DNA of 64,000 nucleotides. It comes from Lachnospiraceae bacterium. GTDB taxonomy: Bacteria > Bacillota > Clostridia > Lachnospirales > Lachnospiraceae. Below, one piece after another: positions 41,197 to 50,321 of the stretch (positions within the stretch are counted from its first letter, which is position 1; each line of letters starts with the position of its first letter). The notes under the pieces are model-generated. The model searched no databases. It saw nothing but the letters and a program-made list of their open reading frames with translations, and was not told the DNA's origin. Both the position numbers and the translations under genes were made by a program. The stretch is from assembly GCA_021153325.1 (NCBI GenBank), contig JAGKTQ010000002.1, forward strand, positions 22,774-86,773, in the 5' to 3' direction.

Positions 41197-42351
41197 ATGA
41201 AATTGTTTTCAGGAAAAAAACCGGATCTTGCAAAGCTGCCGGAAAATATTTTGGCTGTTGCTTTCTTTCTGTTTCTCATTTTGACAGGATATTACAGTCT
41301 GAAAAATTACTGGGATGTGCGCGTTTCAGGCGTTACAGAAACAGCAGATGGCTTTTCGGTAGAAAATGACTTTGAATCCAATTTTAATATTTTACTTTGG
41401 CATGAAGATAAATATGTAGAATATTATGGATTGGCTGCAAAGCTGCTTGGACAACCGGAATTGAATGAAGTAGTAAAATTAAAAAACGGTTACCTGAGCG
41501 GAGTAGAAGAACTTGTACCGGAAGAGAATCTGAAAAGAAATGCAGATGATCTATTAGCTTTAAAGCAGTATTTGGAAAGCCGTGGAAGCAGTCTGTTGTA
41601 TGTGCAGACTCCATTCAAAATCAGCAAATTTGATGATCAATTGCCGGCAGGAATTGCAGATTTCAGCAATCAGAATATAGATACTTTTATGAAGTATCTG
41701 GCTGAAAATGGGATTGCGACTATTGATATCCGGCAGACAATGTATGAAGAGGGTATGGATCAGTATGATTACTTTTTCCGGACAGATCATCACTGGACAC
41801 CGGAAGCAGGATTTTATGCTTATGGGAAAATTGCAGATTATGTAGAGGAAAACTTAGGGATTCCGGTGGATGAGCAAGTAAAAAATCTGGAAAACTATCA
41901 AATAGATAACTACGAGGACTGGCATTTGGGAACGAATGGACAGAGAACCGGAATCTATTATGGTGGAATTGATGATTTTCATTTGATCTCTCCCGCATTT
42001 GATACACAGCTTATCAATATGGATACGCAGGCAACTGGAAGTTATCATGAGATTTTGATCGAAGATGCCGTATTAAAAGAAGAGAGCCGTGCTGTTTATG
42101 ACATTGCTTACGGTAATTCTATCGGACATTATTTTCATAATCCGAACGCGGCTAATGATGCAAGGGTGCTTGTAGTCAGTGACTCTATGGGCAAGGTAGT
42201 AGCCCCGTTTTTGATCTTGTCTTATCAGGATGTTTACACAACAGGTTATGATCTGACTATGGAAAAGATAGAAGAATTTGCACCAGATATTGTGATCTAT
42301 GTGACTTATCCTGCCAATATTGGTGGAGAAAGTTTTCATGTAGTACAGTAG
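41197..42351 (+). CDS. DHHW-motif protein (AlgX/AlgJ/PatB-like extracytoplasmic acyltransferase partner), N-terminally anchored
   Basis: Signal-anchor ILAVAFFLFLILTGYY, the eponymous FFRTDHHWTPEAGFYAY motif, and a position immediately downstream of the MBOAT gene. Confidence 0.8.
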   Translation: MKLFSGKKPDLAKLPENILAVAFFLFLILTGYYSLKNYWDVRVSGVTETADGFSVENDFESNFNILLWHEDKYVEYYGLAAKLLGQPELNEVVKLKNGYLSGVEELVPEENLKRNADDLLALKQYLESRGSSLLYVQTPFKISKFDDQLPAGIADFSNQNIDTFMKYLAENGIATIDIRQTMYEEGMDQYDYFFRTDHHWTPEAGFYAYGKIADYVEENLGIPVDEQVKNLENYQIDNYEDWHLGTNGQRTGIYYGGIDDFHLISPAFDTQLINMDTQATGSYHEILIEDAVLKEESRAVYDIAYGNSIGHYFHNPNAANDARVLVVSDSMGKVVAPFLILSYQDVYTTGYDLTMEKIEEFAPDIVIYVTYPANIGGESFHVVQ

Positions 42352-42462
42352 CATTTGCGAATTTATGTAAGTTATATGCATATTACTTGCGTACTTTTCT
42401 TTGTTGAATTATAATTAATTTTTGTCAGAGTATTTTATTATATTAGAAAATGGAGGACTAGG

Positions 42463-44751
42463 ATGATTCATTTATACGAAGGCGGAGCTTATCTTGTAAA
42501 CGGGACAGAACTGATTCCGGATAACAACGAAGCCATCAGCGCCGTAAAAAGCAAAACAGGTAAAGAAGTGACCAAAGAATCCGCTGCAAAAGAAACAATC
42601 GCATATGGAATTTTGGAAAATCATAATACATCCGGTAATATGGACAAGTTAAAGATCAAATTTGATAAGTTAACTTCTCATGATATTACTTTTGTTGGAA
42701 TTATACAGACAGCACGTGCATCAGGACTTGAGAAATTTCCAATCCCTTATGTACTTACAAACTGCCACAACTCCCTTTGTGCAGTAGGTGGTACTATCAA
42801 CGAAGATGACCACATGTTTGGACTTACTTGTGCAAAGAAATACGGCGGAGTTTATGTTCCACCTCATCAGGCGGTTATTCATCAGTTTGCAAGAGAAATG
42901 CTTGCAGGCGGTGGAAAGATGATCTTAGGTTCTGACTCCCATACACGTTATGGTGCTCTCGGTACTATGGCAATGGGCGAAGGTGGACCGGAGCTTGTAA
43001 AACAGCTTTTGAATCAGACTTATGACATTAATATGCCGGGTGTTGTTGCTGTTTACTTAAAAGGTGAACCAGTGAAAGGTGTAGGTCCTCAGGACGTTGC
43101 TCTTGCGATTATCGGAGCTGTATTTGGAAACGGTTATGTGAAAAATAAAGTTATGGAATTTGTTGGACCAGGCGTTGCATCTTTAAGTGCTGATTTCCGT
43201 ATTGGTATTGATGTAATGACAACGGAAACAACTTGTCTTTCTTCTATCTGGCAGACAGATGACAAGATCAAGGAATTTTATGATATTCATGCAAGAAGCG
43301 AAGAATACAAAGAATTAAATCCTGGCGAAGTTGCTTATTATGATGGTGTGATCGAAGTGGATTTAAGCAAGATCAAACCGATGATCGCTATGCCATTCCA
43401 CCCAAGCAACACTTATACGATTGAAGAATTAAATGCAAATTTAATGGATATTTTGGATGATGTAGAGAAACGTGCAGCAGTCAGCCTTGACGGAGCAGTA
43501 GACTACACATTAAAGAATAAAGTGAAAAACGGTAAATTCATAGTAGATCAGGGTATCATTGCGGGATGTGCTGGCGGCGGATTTGAAAACATCTGTGCCG
43601 CTGCTGACATTATGAAAGGAAGCTACATTGGCTGTGACGAATTTACGTTGAGCGTATATCCGGCTTCTACACCGATCTATATGGAATTAATGAAGAATGG
43701 CTGTGCAGCAACTCTCTTGGAGACTGGTGCGATCTTGAAGACAGCATTCTGTGGACCTTGCTTCGGTGCAGGCGATACTCCGGCTAACAATGCATTCAGT
43801 ATCCGTCACTCTACAAGAAACTTCCCGAACAGAGAAGGTTCTAAATTACAGAGTGGTCAGATTTCTTCTGTTGCTCTTATGGATGCACGTTCTATTGCAG
43901 CTACAGCAGCAAACAAGGGTGTGCTTACTCCGGCAACTGATTTTGATGGAGAAATTGGAAAATACAAATATCATTTTGATACAAATATTTATGCAAACCG
44001 TGTATTTGATTCTAAGGGTGTGGCAGATGAATCTGTAGAAATTCACTTTGGACCAAATATCAAAGACTGGCCGGTTATGGGAGCACTTCCAGAAAACATG
44101 GTACTTCGTGTTGTTTCTGAAATTCATGATCCGGTAACGACAACAGACGAATTGATCCCTTCAGGAGAGACTTCTTCTTATCGTTCCAATCCTTTGGGAC
44201 TTGCAGAGTTTACGCTTTCCAGAAAAGATCCGAACTACGTTCCACTTGCAAAGGATATGCAGAAGGCACAGACAGCTGTTATGAACGGAGAATGTCCGAT
44301 TGAAGCGAAACCGGAATTAAAAGAAGTTATGGAAGTGATCAACAAAGAATATCCAGAGGTAGGAAAAGGAAATGTAGGCTTTGGTTCTACTATTTTTGCA
44401 GTAAAACCGGGTGATGGTTCTGCAAGAGAGCAGGCTGCTTCCTGCCAGAAAGTATTAGGTGGATGGGCAAATATTGCGAATGAGTATGCTACCAAGAGAT
44501 ATCGTTCCAACCTGATCAACTGGGGTATGCTTCCATTCCTGATTGAAGAAGGAGAACTGCCATTTAAGAATAAAGATTATTTATTCATTCCAAATATCAA
44601 AAAGGCAGTAGAAGAAAAAGCTGAAGTCATTAAAGCTTATACCGTAAGCGAGAGTGGACTCAAAGAGTTCAGCTTAAAACTTGGTGAACTGACGGATGAA
44701 GAACGTCAGATTATCTTAAAAGGTTGTCTGATCAATTACAATAGAGTGTAA
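42463..44751 (+). CDS. Aconitase-family [4Fe-4S] hydratase (aconitate hydratase-like, 762 aa)
   Basis: Aconitase-family substrate-site motif GSDSHTRYG and Fe-S cluster Cys motifs IAGCAGGG and [10 protein letters not shown]. The C-terminal swivel domain contains [15 protein letters not shown]. Confidence 0.8.
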   Translation: MIHLYEGGAYLVNGTELIPDNNEAISAVKSKTGKEVTKESAAKETIAYGILENHNTSGNMDKLKIKFDKLTSHDITFVGIIQTARASGLEKFPIPYVLTNCHNSLCAVGGTINEDDHMFGLTCAKKYGGVYVPPHQAVIHQFAREMLAGGGKMILGSDSHTRYGALGTMAMGEGGPELVKQLLNQTYDINMPGVVAVYLKGEPVKGVGPQDVALAIIGAVFGNGYVKNKVMEFVGPGVASLSADFRIGIDVMTTETTCLSSIWQTDDKIKEFYDIHARSEEYKELNPGEVAYYDGVIEVDLSKIKPMIAMPFHPSNTYTIEELNANLMDILDDVEKRAAVSLDGAVDYTLKNKVKNGKFIVDQGIIAGCAGGGFENICAAADIMKGSYIGCDEFTLSVYPASTPIYMELMKNGCAATLLETGAILKTAFCGPCFGAGDTPANNAFSIRHSTRNFPNREGSKLQSGQISSVALMDARSIAATAANKGVLTPATDFDGEIGKYKYHFDTNIYANRVFDSKGVADESVEIHFGPNIKDWPVMGALPENMVLRVVSEIHDPVTTTDELIPSGETSSYRSNPLGLAEFTLSRKDPNYVPLAKDMQKAQTAVMNGECPIEAKPELKEVMEVINKEYPEVGKGNVGFGSTIFAVKPGDGSAREQAASCQKVLGGWANIANEYATKRYRSNLINWGMLPFLIEEGELPFKNKDYLFIPNIKKAVEEKAEVIKAYTVSESGLKEFSLKLGELTDEERQIILKGCLINYNRV

Positions 44752-44766
44752 AATAACCCATAAAGT

Positions 44767-44811
44767 AAGGCTTGCCATTCTAAATTTTAGGATGACAGCC
44801 TTATTTTTTTT
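44767..44811 (+). terminator. Rho-independent terminator after the hydratase gene
   Basis: AAGGCT...CATTCTAAA/TTTAGGATG...AGCCTT hairpin followed by ATTTTTTTT. Confidence 0.75.
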
Positions 44812-44823
44812 CATGAAACTTCT

Positions 44824-44850
44824 TAGAAAAATAGAAAATCATGCCGATAA
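44824..44850 (+). promoter_or_regulatory. Sigma-28 (SigD/FliA)-type promoter upstream of the flagellin relic
   Basis: TAGA (44824-44827), N15, GCCGATAA (44843-44850), compared with the consensus TAAA-N15-GCCGATAA. Confidence 0.6.
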
Positions 44851-44879
44851 ATAATAGAAGAGTTTTTCAAGGAAGAAAA

Positions 44880-46624
44880 ATGCGGATGTGACAGAAAAAT
44901 TGTCTTCTGGGTACCGGATCAATCGTGCTGGGGATGATGCAGCAGGTCTATCCATCTCGGAGAAGATGCGGAGACAGATTCGAGGACTGACACAGGCTTC
45001 GACCAATTCATTGGATGGTATTTCGATGGCACAGTCTGCCGAGGGAGCTATGCAGGAAATTCATGAGATGTTGCAGCGTAGCAATGTATTGGCGGTAAAA
45101 GCAGCAAATGGGACTTATTCGGATTTAGAGCGTGCAATGATAGATGATGAGTTGTAGCAAATGAAAAAGGCGATTGATGAGACTGCATGGAATACGGTAT
45201 TTAATGACATCAATCTTTTCCCACAAAATGGAGTCTCGCCTTATGCAGCCATGAGCAGTCAGGTTTATCATTATGAAATTAAGTACCATTTGTCAGATGG
45301 TGTGATCGAGATAGGCAGCAGCAATGCGGATACAACGGATGTAGACCAGACAGGCAGTACGATTTCGAGCGGAAGTGTGTTAGCAGATCACATTGCCAAT
45401 GAATTGTTGCCAAATGCGATCAGTCAGATATTAGAGGCATTTCCTTCTTTAAAGACAGCGACCGGAAGTGATACGATCGATATGGCATTGGATCTGTCTG
45501 TGATTGATGGTCCTGGCAGTACGTTAGCTTATGCACAATACTCTTTTTATACAACAAGTGGCAGCCGACCGATCAGTATGTTGATCAAGGTTGACAGTGC
45601 TGACTTTGATGATGAGGACACAACAAGCAGCGGTGCGAATGCGGAAATGTTGGAATCGACCATTGCACATGAATTGATGCATACGGTAATGCAATATAAT
45701 CTGACGGATGGCATGAGTGGAAGAGCGGGAGATGAGTTCCCGGATTGGTTTGTCGAGGGAACTGCACAATTAGCTGGTGGTGGTTTCCCTACTGGATGGA
45801 ATAATTATTTAAGCTATTATGCAGGAAAATTGAGCGATGAAACGGATACCAGTCGAGATACGGATATTGCCAATTATTTGAAACAATTTACGGTAGACAA
45901 CAGACCATATGGACATGGATATCTGGCAGCAGCTTATATTGGATATCTTGCAAATGGTGGTGGAGATGTAACAGCAGAAAACATTGCCAGTGGTATGGAT
46001 AAAGTATTTGCTGATCTGATAGGCGGAGCGAGCTTTGCCGAGGCACTTATGAATAATACTGGACTGACAGAAAGTGATATTGATAATTTATTCGCTACAG
46101 GAGATAGTGATCTGGTGGCATTTGTAAGAAAGCTTTCTTATGCATCCATTCAGCAGTTTAGAATTGATCCTACTAAGGTGAATATAGATTTATCTTCCAG
46201 CTCTGGCGGCACAGGAGGAACGAATGGAGTAGATTCTGTTTGGATACAGACTGGAACCGATGCAGGAGTCGGTATGTCCATCAATCTGTATAAGATGGAC
46301 TCAGAAGCACTTGGACTTACAAGTACGAGTTTAAGGACAATGGCTTCTGCCGGAAATGCGATTAATGAAGTAAAACTAGCAATGGAAGGTGTCAGTAAAG
46401 TAAGAAGTTACTATGGAGCGATACAGAATCGTTTAGAGCATACGATCGCCAATCTGAATAATGTAATTGAAAACACGACTGCAGCTGAGTCTGCTATAAG
46501 AGATACGGATATGGCAAAAGAGATGGTCACATATTCTAATATGCAGATTTTGGAACAGGCAGGAATCTCGATGCTCTCACAGGCAAATCGTCAATCAGAA
46601 TTTGTATTAAATCTTTTAAGTTAA
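44880..46624 (+). pseudogene. Disrupted flagellin with an HExxH metallopeptidase insert in the variable region (proteolytic-flagellin/flagellinolysin-like)
   Basis: ATG CGG ATG TGA at 44880 is out of frame with the flagellin frame that begins at 44888 ([38 protein letters not shown]). The first approx. 25 codons of a normal flagellin are missing. An in-frame TAG at 45155-45157 splits the N-domain (...IDDEL*QMKKAIDETAWNTVFN). The C-terminal flagellin domain is intact (IQNRLEHTIANLNN...ILEQAGISMLSQANRQSEFVLNLLS). HELMH is at 45668-45682, with WFVEGTAQ 25 aa downstream. Confidence 0.8.
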
Positions 46625-46655
46625 GAAAAAGTGTATGGAGGCATAAGGGAAACAA

Positions 46656-47033
46656 ATGGGTGTTGTTGAGAAAATAAGTTGCAGTATATGTGGACAGACT
46701 TGGGAATGTCAAACAGGCTGTGGTCTGCAACATGGCAGAATAGAAGCTGTTGCCGAATTGTTTGATAAAAAGACAGCAGTGCAGATCAAAACAAACAGAT
46801 CACATGATCCATTTCCCTTATATGACTTTGCCTATCATTTAGCAAGCTGTGATCCATGCAAATGTGTGCTAAGCGTTCCGGTTCTTACTATGATGGAAAG
46901 TAATCTTCAATATATAGGAACTTGCCCACAATGTGGAGAAAAAGTGAAATGCATGGAGGATGTGGAAAATACTTTTTGCCCTTGGTGTCATGAAAAGGGG
47001 CTTCACAGAGAAAAAATCGGACACTGGGATTAA
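46656..47033 (+). CDS. Cys-rich hypothetical protein (125 aa) with several CxxC pairs, predicted zinc-ribbon(s)
   Basis: CSIC, CQTGC, CDPCKC, CPQC and CPWC motifs. The ORF lies 31 nt after the flagellin stop with no terminator between them. Confidence 0.5.
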   Translation: MGVVEKISCSICGQTWECQTGCGLQHGRIEAVAELFDKKTAVQIKTNRSHDPFPLYDFAYHLASCDPCKCVLSVPVLTMMESNLQYIGTCPQCGEKVKCMEDVENTFCPWCHEKGLHREKIGHWD

Positions 47034-47062
47034 AAGATAAAATTTCAAAAAGAATAGAAAAT

Positions 47063-48007
47063 GTGGCATTTACATACAATGAAAGAAAGAGTTGTATGGG
47101 ATGTCGGATGAAAAAAAGAACTTATAAAAAAACCATACAAAAATCCGGTATTTTGGAAATTTGTATGGTTTTTTGTATTATGCTGATTCTTCCAATTAAT
47201 ATATCGCTTTTCGTATCAGACAGTGCAGATACAGAAAAAAAGGAAAAGAAAGTGTTGGATTCGGAAATAGAATGGCAGGTGCTTCATGAACTGGCAGCAG
47301 TCATTCCTGTAGAATATGAAGAAGAAACATTGAAAGCACAGGCGGTCATTCTTCGGACAAACATTCTTGCAGACGGAGAGCAGCTGCAGGAGTTTCCACT
47401 TCTGTTTACTTATAAAGAAAAATGGGGCAATCAATATAATGAAAATTGTGAAAAGCTGTTGCGGGTGGTGACGGAAACGGAAGGAATGTATTTGGTGAAC
47501 GAGGGAGCCTATGTAAGAACCTCTTATTTCCGGTTGAGCAATGGAAGCACAAGGAATGCCGCAGAATGTCTGGGGAAAAAATATACAGCGTTTACAGCTA
47601 AAAAGTGTGGAAATGATTTGTTGAGCGAAGAATTTGTATGGAAAAAAGAAGTGGGAAAACAACAGTTTTTTACGAAGCTTGTCAGTATGACAGGTGAGCA
47701 GATGACAGTGGATGCATGGGAAAAGACAGAGATTACATATGCAAGGGACAGTGCTGGATATGTGCTTTCTGTGAGCTTTGGCAGTATTCGTATTGGAGGA
47801 GAAATCTTTCGGCAGGCGTTCTTTCTTCCTTCTTCCGATTTTACAATAAGCTGCGAAAATGACACCATTTTTATTACGACAAGGGGAATTGGAAACGGAA
47901 TTGGTTTTTGCCAGTATGGTGCAAATGAAATGGCAAAAGAGGGAAAGAATTTTCTGGAATTGTTAAATTATTTTTTTACAAATATTGCAATATCAAAAAC
48001 TGAATAA
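47063..48007 (+). CDS. spoIID: SpoIID/LytB-domain protein (stage II sporulation protein D-like lytic transglycosylase). Start uncertain: GTG 47063, ATG 47096 or ATG 47108
   Basis: N-terminal TM anchor, then LKAQAVILRTN, YFRLSNGSTRNAAE and C-terminal GIGNGIGFCQYGANEMAKEGKNFLELLNYFF, all SpoIID-family blocks. Confidence 0.8.
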   Translation: MAFTYNERKSCMGCRMKKRTYKKTIQKSGILEICMVFCIMLILPINISLFVSDSADTEKKEKKVLDSEIEWQVLHELAAVIPVEYEEETLKAQAVILRTNILADGEQLQEFPLLFTYKEKWGNQYNENCEKLLRVVTETEGMYLVNEGAYVRTSYFRLSNGSTRNAAECLGKKYTAFTAKKCGNDLLSEEFVWKKEVGKQQFFTKLVSMTGEQMTVDAWEKTEITYARDSAGYVLSVSFGSIRIGGEIFRQAFFLPSSDFTISCENDTIFITTRGIGNGIGFCQYGANEMAKEGKNFLELLNYFFTNIAISKTE

Positions 48008-48073
48008 GCAGACGGATTTCGGCAAGACTATTTCTATAACTTAAAGATGGAGGAAAGGAGCAGGGTTATAGAA

Positions 48074-48973
48074 ATGAAAAGAAGAAATAGAATGCGGGGC
48101 GGCGCAGGAAAAGAGCGCGCTATTATGTTGGCGGCTTCCGTTTTCGTCTTAGGTGCGTTGACACTGACAGGCGTATATGTAAAAGAAAATAATGCAGAGA
48201 AGAGTGATGACGGATATTCCGTTGATTTAAGCTCGCTGGAAAAAGATAATACGGTGCAGGAAAATGCACAGGCAATTGAAGACAATCAGGATTCCTTGAG
48301 CGTACAAAATCCAGCTGCAGAATATGAGTTGGACTTAGAAGCAGTATTGGAAGAAGGCGAAATTGAGAATACCGATCTGGCAAAGAAGGAAGAGGAAAAG
48401 CAGAATGAAAAGGAAGAGGAAAAAACTTCTGAAGCGAATGAGACTTCTAAGGCGAAGGATGCAGAAAATCCTGGTCAGAATGAAGATAAGGAAAAGAGTA
48501 CGACGCAGTCTGAAGACAGTGCGTCGGTTTCTACAACAACTTGGAAAGCGCTGGAATTTACGGAAGAGAAAGGTCTTGTATGGCCTACAGTAGGTGAAAT
48601 CCTGATCAATTATAGTATGGATAAAACCGTGTATTTCCCGACACTGGCACAGTATAAATACAATCCGGCACTTATCATATCGGCAGCAGAAGGAAAAACT
48701 ATCGTGGCAGCAGCAGATGCACAGATCGTTGAAATTTTTAATGATGGTGAAATCGGAAGTGCAGTGCGTATGGATTTAGGAAATGGATATGAATTGGTTT
48801 ATGGACAGCTGAAAGACATTCAAGTAAGCAAAGGGGCTTACGTGTCTGCCGGTGATGTAATAGGAACGGTAGCTGCACCTAGCAAATATTATAGTGTGGA
48901 AGGCAGTAACCTTTATGTGAAACTGACTAAAGATGGCACACCGATCAATCCACTGTCCTTATTGCCACAGTGA
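48074..48973 (+). CDS. Bitopic membrane protein with an acidic linker and a catalytically degenerate LytM (M23) domain; SpoIIQ-like. The track start at 48047 is probably the RBS region
   Basis: TM segment AIMLAASVFVLGALTLTGVYV. The M23 fold blocks are present, but all Zn ligands are replaced: YNPALIISAAEGKTIVAAADAQIV instead of HxGxD..., GQL instead of AHL, and GSNLYVKL instead of GPHLHFE. Confidence 0.6.
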   Translation: MKRRNRMRGGAGKERAIMLAASVFVLGALTLTGVYVKENNAEKSDDGYSVDLSSLEKDNTVQENAQAIEDNQDSLSVQNPAAEYELDLEAVLEEGEIENTDLAKKEEEKQNEKEEEKTSEANETSKAKDAENPGQNEDKEKSTTQSEDSASVSTTTWKALEFTEEKGLVWPTVGEILINYSMDKTVYFPTLAQYKYNPALIISAAEGKTIVAAADAQIVEIFNDGEIGSAVRMDLGNGYELVYGQLKDIQVSKGAYVSAGDVIGTVAAPSKYYSVEGSNLYVKLTKDGTPINPLSLLPQ

Positions 48974-49085
48974 CCGTTTAAAAGAAGTGAATTTTTCTAT
49001 GATAAGATGTCATATCAAAATACAAGTTTGTGCCAGAGAAGCGACACAAACTTGATTTTGTGTGGACAAAAAGATAGGAGCAGGT

Positions 49086-50252
49086 ATGAGTCGTATTTTT
49101 ATAAAGAACGGAAAGATCATGACGATGGCGGGGTATATTCATGAAGGTGGAAGTATATTATTGGAAGCAGGAAAAATACAGGCAGTTGGAAATATCCAGA
49201 TAGAGGAAAGTAAAGACGATCTGATAATACTGGATGCTAAAGGCGGCTGGGTCATGCCCGGGCTTATGGAAGCACATTGTCATATGGGAATTACGGAAGA
49301 GAAAAAAGGAACAGAGGGGGATGACTGCAATGAAAATGTGGAACCTATTACACCCTATCTTCGCGGGATAGATGCGATTAATCCTATGGATGCAGCCTTT
49401 GAGGACGCTGTACGCGCCGGTATTACAGCGGCAATGATAGGACCGGGAAGTGCTAACGTTGTGGGTGGGCAATTTGCGGTAGTAAAAACAAAGGGAAGAA
49501 AGATGGATGATTTGATCGTAAAAGCGCCGGCAGCCATGAAAGTTGCTTTTGGGGAAAATCCAAAGGTCAATTACAGTGGACAGAAAAAAATGCCCGTAAC
49601 GAGAATGGCAATTGCGGGGATGTTGCGAAGAGAATTGTTTGCGGCAAAGCAATATGCAAAAAAGAAGAAACATGCGGGAAGCGATTTTGAAGAGGATTTC
49701 CATTATGAGAGCTGGCTTCCGGTGTTAAATAAAGAAATTCCCATAAAAGCTCACGTACACCGGGTAGATGATATTTTTACGGCAATACGCATTGCAAAAG
49801 AATTTGATGTAAAGATGACACTGGATCATTGCAGCGAAGGGCATCTTATTGCAAAGGAAGTGGCAGAAAGCAAAATGCCCGCCATTGTAGGACCGGATTT
49901 TACGAGTCGCAACAAAATTGAAGTGCAAAATATGGCATTTAAAACGGCAGGAGTATTGCAAAAAGCAGGAGTACTTGTGGCGATTACTACAGATCATCCG
50001 GTGTCTATCATCAATTCCCTGCCGCTATGTGCAGGAATGGCAGTAAAGGCTGGGTTGCCCATGATGGAAGGATTAAAAGCCATTACGATCAATCCGGCAA
50101 GAATCTGTGGAGTGGATGACAGACTGGGCAGTTTAGAGGAAGGGAAGGATGCGGATGTGGTAATCTTTTCTGGAAATCCTATGGAAATTTTTACGCAAGT
50201 GTATTGTACGATCATAGACGGTGTCATAGTCTATCGTAAAGAGGGCTTTTAG
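49086..50252 (+). CDS. Metal-dependent amidohydrolase (imidazolonepropionase-related superfamily). Start at ATG 49086
   Basis: Beta-sandwich N-terminus IFIKNGKIMTM...GWVMPGLMEAHCHMGI with the HxH metal motif, and C-terminal GSLEEGKDADVVIF, typical of the family. Confidence 0.8.
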   Translation: MSRIFIKNGKIMTMAGYIHEGGSILLEAGKIQAVGNIQIEESKDDLIILDAKGGWVMPGLMEAHCHMGITEEKKGTEGDDCNENVEPITPYLRGIDAINPMDAAFEDAVRAGITAAMIGPGSANVVGGQFAVVKTKGRKMDDLIVKAPAAMKVAFGENPKVNYSGQKKMPVTRMAIAGMLRRELFAAKQYAKKKKHAGSDFEEDFHYESWLPVLNKEIPIKAHVHRVDDIFTAIRIAKEFDVKMTLDHCSEGHLIAKEVAESKMPAIVGPDFTSRNKIEVQNMAFKTAGVLQKAGVLVAITTDHPVSIINSLPLCAGMAVKAGLPMMEGLKAITINPARICGVDDRLGSLEEGKDADVVIFSGNPMEIFTQVYCTIIDGVIVYRKEGF

Positions 50253-50321
50253 TTTTCTTGAAAAAGAGGTATAATACAAAAGATTAGTGTCTGTATTTGG
50301 ACAAAGAAAGGGAATTGTTTT

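Noticed and set aside
45155-45157. In-frame TAG in the flagellin as a recoded (pyrrolysine or read-through) codon
   Set aside because: The window holds no pyl genes or PYLIS-like context. The same gene also has a destroyed 5' end, so simple pseudogenisation is more parsimonious.
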